DNA of 64,000 nucleotides, taken from NCBI GenBank assembly GCA_018302545.1, contig JAGVZM010000002.1, positions 2,198-66,197 of the forward strand, in the 5' to 3' direction. Below, in pieces: positions 57,766-64,000 of this stretch. A model generated the notes under the pieces. The model saw only the letters and a program-made list of their open reading frames with translations, was not told the DNA's origin and ran no database searches. Made by a program: the position numbers and the translations under genes. This DNA comes from Candidatus Woesearchaeota archaeon (GTDB taxonomy: Archaea; Nanobdellota; Nanobdellia; SCGC-AAA011-G17; GW2011-AR18). The first letter of the stretch is position 1. Each line of letters begins with the position of its first letter.

Positions 57766-58011
57766 TTAAGCAGAGCCTTTAAAGCCCCACCATAACATTT
57801 TCAAACCCCATAAAAATACTAACAATCCCAAAGATCTTTCAAATGTAAACCATCCAACTGGAAACATCATTAATAACCCTAGAACAGCAGTTAACAAAGC
57901 ACATAAAACCATACACCAGCTGCCACTCATACACTTACAAGGACTACAATTACACATAGAACACATGTTCTTATTCATTGATTTCATTTCTTTTTTAGCC
58001 ATAAATATCAC
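57766..58011 (-). CDS. Small Cys-rich membrane protein
   Basis: 81 aa. CSMCNCSPCKCMSGSWC cluster followed by two TM helices. Confidence 0.3.
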   Translation of the reverse strand: MIFMAKKEMKSMNKNMCSMCNCSPCKCMSGSWCMVLCALLTAVLGLLMMFPVGWFTFERSLGLLVFLWGLKMLWWGFKGSA

Positions 58012-58086
58012 ACTCCCTTTAATAGATTATTGATAAAAATTAGATTTAAAATACTTTCCAAAAATAGCTATAAGTTCATATTAAAA

Positions 58087-59409
58087 TTATTTTAAGATCT
58101 TTTGACAAATTATTAAAGTAAATAAAGAAACTGGCAATGAAATTACTGCTGTTTCCGGATTAATTAAATTTGTAATAAACAAAATTAAAACTGTAATTAT
58201 ACCCATCATAAGACTATAAAAAACTGCCTTTTCTTTAAGTTTCCAATAAAAAGATCCAAATACCACTGGAAAAAGAACAAGAGATAAACTGCCTAATGAA
58301 AAACCTATTCTAATAATATCCTGATAAAACGAAGCAATTAAAACTGCTAAAGAAACAAAAATAACCATAAAGACTCTTGTTAATTTTATCATTGAATATT
58401 CACTACATCTTATTGAGTAATTTTTTAAATCCCTAGTTACAATAGAAGATACTACAAAAGTAATCGTATCTGAAGAAGATAAACTAACAGCATAAAGTAA
58501 AATAATTCCAAATTCTTTTAATCCTAAAGGTAATAAGTTTGAAAAACCAGTAAGAAGAGCATCTTCTGGAACTATATTTGGAAAGAACTGCTTAGTTACA
58601 AGTCCAACAACACTTATAATAACTGCTAGAAAAGGAAGTATAAATGCAGAATAGCTTAACCCTTTTTTTACACTTTTCTCATCTTTAGCAGCAAAAATTC
58701 TCTGCCATAAGTCTGGGGCAACAACAATACTAAAGGCACCAATAAGAACAAAACCTAAGATATTTCCAAATCCTAAATTTGTTAAATTTATGTCCAAACT
58801 AGGAACGTCTGCCTTTCCAAAAAGAAATAACCCAACAGTCAAGCTCATTAAAATCATAATCATAAATTGAAAATAATCTGTTCTTAAGACAGCTTTAAAG
58901 CCTGCTAAAAACAAGTAAGTAAGAACAACAAGCCCCCCAATACTAACTGCAATATACAGAGGCAAAGAAAAAATACTTGAAAGAATTTTACCACTAATAA
59001 TAAGATTTACTATTAAGATTCCAAAAAATTGAATGATGAGAATAATGGAAAAAAGAAGGCCATTAGACTTACCAAAAATATTATAAAAGAATTCAGGCAT
59101 AGAATAAGAGTTTGTTAAATCTGCCTTAGTTTTGATATTTATAGCATATTTTCTTAATAATATAAACCCAAAAGCTAAACCTATAAAGAGCCAAATTGCA
59201 GAGAATCCAAATTGATAAATATAAGCCACAAATATAGCTAAGGTTGCACCATCAAAAAAACCTGCACTCATTGTTGCAGCTAATTGCACCCCTTTAACTT
59301 TTCTTTCAGCAATCATAAAACTGTCTTCAGTTTTGCTTCTAGAAGAAATAATACCTATTAAAAAAACTACTAAAAAGTACAATAAGAAAAATACAATCGC
59401 CCAATTCAT
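58087..59409 (-). CDS. Sodium:solute symporter family (SSF) transporter
   Basis: 440 aa, about 12 TM helices. SSF-like N-terminal pattern (LVVFLIGIISSRSKTEDSFMIAERKV...). Confidence 0.7.
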   Translation of the reverse strand: MNWAIVFFLLYFLVVFLIGIISSRSKTEDSFMIAERKVKGVQLAATMSAGFFDGATLAIFVAYIYQFGFSAIWLFIGLAFGFILLRKYAINIKTKADLTNSYSMPEFFYNIFGKSNGLLFSIILIIQFFGILIVNLIISGKILSSIFSLPLYIAVSIGGLVVLTYLFLAGFKAVLRTDYFQFMIMILMSLTVGLFLFGKADVPSLDINLTNLGFGNILGFVLIGAFSIVVAPDLWQRIFAAKDEKSVKKGLSYSAFILPFLAVIISVVGLVTKQFFPNIVPEDALLTGFSNLLPLGLKEFGIILLYAVSLSSSDTITFVVSSIVTRDLKNYSIRCSEYSMIKLTRVFMVIFVSLAVLIASFYQDIIRIGFSLGSLSLVLFPVVFGSFYWKLKEKAVFYSLMMGIITVLILFITNLINPETAVISLPVSLFTLIICQKILK

Positions 59410-59494
59410 AAAATAAAAATCTAAAATTTACTTATAAATAATAGTTGTTTTTAAAAAACAACATATTTAAATAAACCAAAAATAAACATAACTT

Positions 59495-60214
59495 ATGGAA
59501 TATCAAAGCTTAAACTATTTAGGATTAAATGAAAAAGAAAAAGAAGTTTATATTTTACTTTTAAAACTAGGAACTAGTAGAGCAAGTAATTTATTACAAA
59601 AAATAAATATCAATAGAAGTGTTCTTTACTCTATATTAAATTCCTTAGAAAATAAAGGATTTATAACAAAAATAATAAAACAAAATCTAACTTATTTTAA
59701 TCCAATAAATCCAAATTTATTATTAAAAAAATACAAAGAAAATGAAAAAATTTTAGAAAAAGAAATAAAAAAATTAACTGAAATTTCTAGTATAAAAATA
59801 GAAAAACCAAAAATACAAATTTTATCTGGACATAATGGAATATTAACTCTTATGCAAGATATTATAGATTCAAAAGAAGAAAATTTAGTAATAGGAGAAG
59901 AAAAGCATTATCATCAAATAGTAGAAATCTATTCAAAACAATTTTTAACAACAATAGAAGAATTAGATTTAAAAGAAAGAGTACTTGTAACTCATGGTCT
60001 TAAAACTTCTCCAAATACTAAAAATTCTGAGAAAAGATATTTACCAAAAGGATATGAATTTTCTTCTTCAGTAGGGATTTATGGAAATAAAGTAGTAATT
60101 GCTTTTTGGAAAGATCCTTTAACATTTCTTTGGATTGAAGATAAAGATTTAGCAGAGAGTTATAAAAATATTTTTGAGATTCTTTGGAAAATAAGAAAAA
60201 AAAGAATTAATTAA
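59495..60214 (+). CDS. TrmB-family transcriptional regulator-like
   Basis: N-terminal wHTH (LGLNEKEKEVYILLLKLGTSRASNLLQKININRSVLYSILNSLENKGFI) with a C-terminal sensor-like domain. Confidence 0.55.
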   Translation: MEYQSLNYLGLNEKEKEVYILLLKLGTSRASNLLQKININRSVLYSILNSLENKGFITKIIKQNLTYFNPINPNLLLKKYKENEKILEKEIKKLTEISSIKIEKPKIQILSGHNGILTLMQDIIDSKEENLVIGEEKHYHQIVEIYSKQFLTTIEELDLKERVLVTHGLKTSPNTKNSEKRYLPKGYEFSSSVGIYGNKVVIAFWKDPLTFLWIEDKDLAESYKNIFEILWKIRKKRIN

Positions 60215-60337
60215 ATGGTAGGCTATGTTAGATTTCCTCTGCCTCTAAAAAGGGCTTTTCCGTAAAGGAAGAACTTTGGAGGCAGACAATGCTTAATATT
60301 TTGATTACGTTCTCAAATAGGAAAAATCTTCATACAA

Positions 60338-61321
60338 TCAAGACTTTAAAGAAATATCTACATAATTAAAATATAACTTATGTAATCTAAAAAATTCTCC
60401 TAGGATTATTCTATTATTTTTTTCATAATTATCAAAAATAAGCCTCGCTTCATAAAAGAATAATCTTAAAATTTGTTGATTCGTATTTAAGGCCACTTTA
60501 TAATCATTTTTAAAATTTTTAAGTTCTTTCAAGTATAAATTCCGTACTTCTTTAATTATAAAACTAAATTTCCTTTTCTTGATTCTAAGTTCATGAGAAT
60601 CTAAGAGTACTTTATTTAGTTCTCTCTCATTAAGCAAAGTAAATGAAGTCGATACAAGTTCTAAATAACCAATCATTAAAGATTGGAAATTCTTTCTTTT
60701 TATGAGTGAAAGTTTCTTTGCAAGTAGATCAATGAGTTTTTTCTCTTCTTTAAATGAAAAAAATTCCAAAAAATCTTTAATAATATCCTTATTTTTTCCC
60801 CGAATAAGACTTATAAAAGGAGGTTGATTTTCTAAGGAAGTACTCCATAAAATTGCTGGAAATTCTTCAAGAATTGAAGTAACTTCAGATCCTTTAACTT
60901 TTAAAAATGTTGGAGTTGTTGTTGATTTATTCTTTCTATTTTTTTTAATATTATTTAATATTGATGAGAAAAAAATATGAATAAGGTCGTGTGCAGCAAG
61001 TAGGGAAAGTTCTTTTTTTAATTTTTCTAAAGCTTGTTTTCGGTCAACACCTTCCTGTCTCCATTTTTTGAAAGCCGCGACTAACAATTTTTTTCCTGCA
61101 TACTTAACATAGGATTTAAGAAATAATACTTCTTTTTTAGAGAGCTGATTTTTTGTTACTCCCAGGCCTTTCAAAAACAAATCAAAACATTTTCCCTTAA
61201 TGTAAATATTTTCTATCGATTCTCTAATCTCTTTCTGAGAAAGCAAATAATCAACTCTTGATTTAAAAGTTCTCATGTCAAAAACTAAATATAAAAAGTA
61301 TTTAAAGAATTGTTTTCTCAT
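60338..61321 (-). CDS. Hypothetical lysine-rich protein
   Basis: 327-aa ORF, helical and K-rich. No recognisable domain. Confidence 0.35.
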   Translation of the reverse strand: MRKQFFKYFLYLVFDMRTFKSRVDYLLSQKEIRESIENIYIKGKCFDLFLKGLGVTKNQLSKKEVLFLKSYVKYAGKKLLVAAFKKWRQEGVDRKQALEKLKKELSLLAAHDLIHIFFSSILNNIKKNRKNKSTTTPTFLKVKGSEVTSILEEFPAILWSTSLENQPPFISLIRGKNKDIIKDFLEFFSFKEEKKLIDLLAKKLSLIKRKNFQSLMIGYLELVSTSFTLLNERELNKVLLDSHELRIKKRKFSFIIKEVRNLYLKELKNFKNDYKVALNTNQQILRLFFYEARLIFDNYEKNNRIILGEFFRLHKLYFNYVDISLKS

Positions 61322-61456
61322 CGCAAGTTCAAATCACAAGAGTTTCGCAATATTTAAGTAATACAAGCCATAAGTACAATATAACTAGGAGAAAACAAAA
61401 CAAGAGGGTGAAGCGTTATTCGTCAAAACCCACTCTCGAAAGTTCAGATCATAAAG

Positions 61457-61530
61457 TGGGCCCGATGTGATTTGAACACACGACCCCTACCTTATCAGAG
61501 TAGTGCTCCACCAAGCTGAGCTACGGGCCC
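61457..61530 (-). tRNA. tRNA-Ile(GAU), intron-less
   Basis: Minus strand GGGCCCG-TA-GCTC-AGCTTGGTG-GAGC-A-CTACT-CTGATAA-GGTAG-GGGTC-GTGTG-TTCAAAT-CACAT-CGGGCCC-A. Clean cloverleaf with anticodon GAT. Confidence 0.85.
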
Positions 61531-61555
61531 TTTAGTTAAAAAAGCTCTAAAGAAG

Positions 61556-61565
61556 ATTTATAAAG
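61556..61565 (-). promoter_or_regulatory. TATA-like box (CTTTATAAAT, minus strand) 25 nt upstream of tRNA-Ile 5' end
   Basis: Same spacing as at the other tRNA genes. Confidence 0.4.
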
Positions 61566-62373
61566 ATTTTGGGAAGCTTTTATAGAAAGAATAAGGGTCT
61601 AAATCTCCTTTAAGAATTAATTCTCTTTGTGGCAAATTAGTATGAGTAGGACAAAAACCAAATTTTTTCCAAACTAAATATTTAGTTAAATGCTTTCGAG
61701 AATTAAAACTAATAGTTTTCATCCATTTTTCTAACATATATTCACCAGAAATTTCTAATTGATTAGAGATATGGGTCTTTTCATATCTTTTCTTTGGAAA
61801 ATTAAATAAAGTAGATGTTTTGAAATTTAATTCTAATAATTTTTCATTAATTTGAGAAACTAAAGAAAATGAGCTAGAATTAAAACTAATAACTGGATAA
61901 GAATGATAAGTATTTTTTCGTTCCTTAAATGTTAAACAAAAATCAGAATCAGCCAAACCTCTAATAAAATCATTAAGAAATCTAGGTTCGAGTATAATAG
62001 AAGATATAAGATGATTAACTTTTGGACCAACTGGAAAATTAAGGGAAGTACTAAGAAAAGTAAAAATACCTTTGGATTGAGTAGACAATTTAAGGAAATC
62101 TCCTGAGTCCCTATAAATTTCATAGATCCTCAAGTTTTTATTAAATAATTTTTTAAACAATTTTACAAAAAAAATTCTATAAAAAATAGATTCATCTATC
62201 AAATGTCCGGCATATTCTAAAGAATAATAATATTTTTTAGGGTTTCCAAGATGGCCGTCACCCCAATGAATCCCTGAAAAATAACTTAATTCTCTAGTTA
62301 ATTTTGTGGGAATATTGATCTTATGAGAGAGGTCATAATTACTATATTGCACATTAGAAACGTCTAAATTCAT
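61558..62373 (-). CDS. Hypothetical protein
   Basis: 271-aa ORF with protein-like composition. No recognisable motif. Its 3' end overlaps the putative tRNA promoter, so the exact extent is uncertain. Confidence 0.3.
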   Translation of the reverse strand: MNLDVSNVQYSNYDLSHKINIPTKLTRELSYFSGIHWGDGHLGNPKKYYYSLEYAGHLIDESIFYRIFFVKLFKKLFNKNLRIYEIYRDSGDFLKLSTQSKGIFTFLSTSLNFPVGPKVNHLISSIILEPRFLNDFIRGLADSDFCLTFKERKNTYHSYPVISFNSSSFSLVSQINEKLLELNFKTSTLFNFPKKRYEKTHISNQLEISGEYMLEKWMKTISFNSRKHLTKYLVWKKFGFCPTHTNLPQRELILKGDLDPYSFYKSFPKSL

Positions 62374-62455
62374 TTAACTAATTAAAGAAAAAAGATTTAA
62401 AAGCTATATTTGAATTTTTCCGAAAATATTTCAGAAAAGTTGTGAAGAACATAAA

Positions 62456-62580
62456 CGCCCTAGGCGGGACTCGAACCTGCGACCCCTTGATCTCTGCTCA
62501 GTAAGTAACAGTTTCACAGTCGTTATGTAGAACACAAGTGCTCTACCTGTTGCTCCCTAATAGGTCTGAGCTACTAGGGC
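62456..62580 (-). tRNA. Intron-containing tRNA gene (about 125 nt precursor; isotype unresolved, possibly Arg)
   Basis: Minus strand: acceptor GCCCTAG/CTAGGGC. TA, then GCTC D-stem start. T arm GCAGG-TTCGAGT-CCCGC (one A.C mismatch). About 50 nt of extra sequence in the D-loop and anticodon regions. Multiple GCTC/GAGC and AACAG/CTGTT complementarities allow several intron models. Confidence 0.5.
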
Positions 62581-62604
62581 GTCTAAGAATTAGGCAACTA
62601 AAAT

Positions 62605-62614
62605 TCTTTAAAAG
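62605..62614 (-). promoter_or_regulatory. TATA-like box (CTTTTAAAGA, minus strand) 24 nt upstream of the intron-containing tRNA 5' end
   Basis: Same spacing as at the other tRNA genes. Confidence 0.35.
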
Positions 62615-62779
62615 CTTTTCTAAGATAAAAAATAGAATAAAAAAGAGTAAAATTATAAATTAGAGTGTAGCCCTGCTGATTACGCTTATTTTCATAAAAA
62701 GCCAAAGCTTCAATCAACAAGCTTAAGTACAGGGCCTTAAAAAAGAAACCTTTTTTTAATATAAAGTTTTCTAAAAAAT

Positions 62780-63337
62780 ATGATAGAAGCAAGATGGAAA
62801 ATAGAGTCTTATGAAGATACAAGAAATAAAATTCTAGAACTAAAAGCAAAACAAAAAGGAAAATACTCAGCAACAGATATAATTTTTATTCCTAAGAATA
62901 ATAAAAGCCTAAATAAAGAATTTATAAGAGTAAGATCCTACATTGTAAACAATTGGAATACCAAAAATGTTGTGCTAACACATAAAGAAACAAGATGGAT
63001 TAATAATTTTAAAGAGGATATAATTGCAATTAAAAGAGAATTTGACAAAGAACAAGAAGCTATAAAATTTATAGAAGAACAATATAAAAATAGCTTAAAA
63101 GAGTTAGTAAGATTCAAAAGGGAAGGAGAAGATTTTGAAATAAATAATAACAAATTATTTTTAGAAACATTAGAATATTTAGGACCAACAATAGAAATAG
63201 AAACAGATTCAAAAGAATTATTAATAGATTTAGAAAAACAACTAGCTTTAAAAGAAAGAATAACACAGTCTATACCAGAAACAATAAGGTTATTGAAAAA
63301 CAATGAAAGTTTATCACGGTTCTCCAAAAAAGATTGA
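62780..63337 (+). CDS. CYTH-domain protein (CyaB/ThTPase-like triphosphate tunnel metalloenzyme)
   Basis: N-terminal MIEARWKIE (E.E.K signature of CYTH) and later acidic strands (FEIN, IEIETD). Confidence 0.45.
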   Translation: MIEARWKIESYEDTRNKILELKAKQKGKYSATDIIFIPKNNKSLNKEFIRVRSYIVNNWNTKNVVLTHKETRWINNFKEDIIAIKREFDKEQEAIKFIEEQYKNSLKELVRFKREGEDFEINNNKLFLETLEYLGPTIEIETDSKELLIDLEKQLALKERITQSIPETIRLLKNNESLSRFSKKD

Positions 63338-63713
63338 AGTTTTAATTCCAAAACAAGCAAAAGGTCATAATGGTTTTCAGAATTTAGAAGCAGTATTCCT
63401 AACAGATAATTTCTTAGAAGCTAGTTTATATGCAATAGGAAAATCACTCAAGGGAAAAGCGCATTTTGGAATACAAAAAGGTAAATTAGTAATTATAGGA
63501 AACGCCTCAACTGCTTCAGAGGGGTATGTATATGAGTTTGATCTTCCAGAAAGTGAATTGATTAAAGGAGAACAGAAAGAAGATTTGGGAGTTTATGCAT
63601 ATCAAAATACTCTAATCTGCCAAGATCCAAAAATTGTCAAAATTGAAGAAATTCAAAGTTACATAATTTATGTAAAAAATAAAAATGAATTAATGCAAGT
63701 TCTCTACAGTTAA
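63303..63713 (+). CDS. Hypothetical protein
   Basis: 136-aa ORF. No recognisable domain. Confidence 0.3.
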   Translation: MKVYHGSPKKIEVLIPKQAKGHNGFQNLEAVFLTDNFLEASLYAIGKSLKGKAHFGIQKGKLVIIGNASTASEGYVYEFDLPESELIKGEQKEDLGVYAYQNTLICQDPKIVKIEEIQSYIIYVKNKNELMQVLYS

Positions 63714-63958
63714 TCTAAAAATTCTCTCTTCTTTATTTTTTCTGGCAAGTAAGTTTCAGAAATAAAACTAATACCTTTAGAGCTTAAAGACTGTATTTCA
63801 ACTTTAGCTTTATATTCCTTCATTTTCTTAAATTGTCTCTGCCATTCCTTATTGTCTTTAAACCATTCATATTCACTAACTTGTTTTATTCTAGCATAAT
63901 CTGCTTCTTTTAATTTAATAAAATGTTTTTGTAATTGATATTTTTCAACATCATCCAT
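63710..63958 (-). CDS. Hypothetical small protein
   Basis: 82-aa ORF, basic and helical. Confidence 0.3.
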   Translation of the reverse strand: MDDVEKYQLQKHFIKLKEADYARIKQVSEYEWFKDNKEWQRQFKKMKEYKAKVEIQSLSSKGISFISETYLPEKIKKREFLD

Positions 63959-64000
63959 TGTTATTCCAACATACCTGACACTAGGAATTGTTAACCGCTC

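Noticed and set aside
61322-61456. Possible ncRNA in the tRNA-Ile 3' flank (CCCACT...AGTGGG inverted repeat)
   Set aside because: Short 6-bp complementarity only, no recognisable sRNA boxes. It is most simply the tRNA trailer or terminator region.
62598-63360. Minus-strand ORFs 62598..62873 and 62938..63360
   Set aside because: The first overlaps the tRNA promoter region and is Leu/Phe-rich junk. The second is antisense to the CYTH-like ORF, which has an N-terminal E.E.K signature.
1-64000. CRISPR arrays, rRNA genes, IS elements and integrases
   Set aside because: None found. No regularly spaced direct repeats, no rRNA-like conserved blocks, and no transposase or integrase-like ORFs in any frame.

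Overview
This is a 64 kb, very AT-rich archaeal window; its gene content and order point to a reduced, DPANN/Nanoarchaeota-like genome. No rRNA genes, CRISPR arrays or obvious IS elements are present.

Main content:
- The core is a minus-strand ribosomal-protein superoperon at 34.0-48.7 kb, L3 through L15, SecY, DUF106, L34e and L14e. It lacks Rpp29 (RNase P p29), adk and cmk.
- A second r-protein cluster (S19e, PDCD5-like, L39e, L31e) is followed by a LAGLIDADG-like ORF and cbf5.
- Information-processing genes: an aRF1 (eRF1-family) homolog, valS, class II lysS with a tRNA-binding tail, metG with a B3/4-like tail, a PriS primase with a Cys-rich tail, hjc, scpB, prefoldin alpha, and a HerA/DUF87 ATPase.
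- Four tRNA genes; three carry apparent BHB-type introns, several at non-canonical positions. All four have a TATA-like box ending 23-25 nt upstream of the mature 5' end.
- Glycosyltransferase and large membrane-protein genes at the left end.
- Several large Cys-rich or signal-peptide surface proteins.
- A GC-richer Fic island.

Most notable individual observations:
- cbf5 is interrupted by a 21-nt insertion that carries three in-frame stop codons; removing it restores the TruB catalytic GTLDP motif, which suggests an mRNA BHB intron.
- Two, possibly three, multi-intron tRNAs.
- The release factor carries GGW where GGQ is expected.
- Evidence suggests leaderless tRNA transcription without RNase P.
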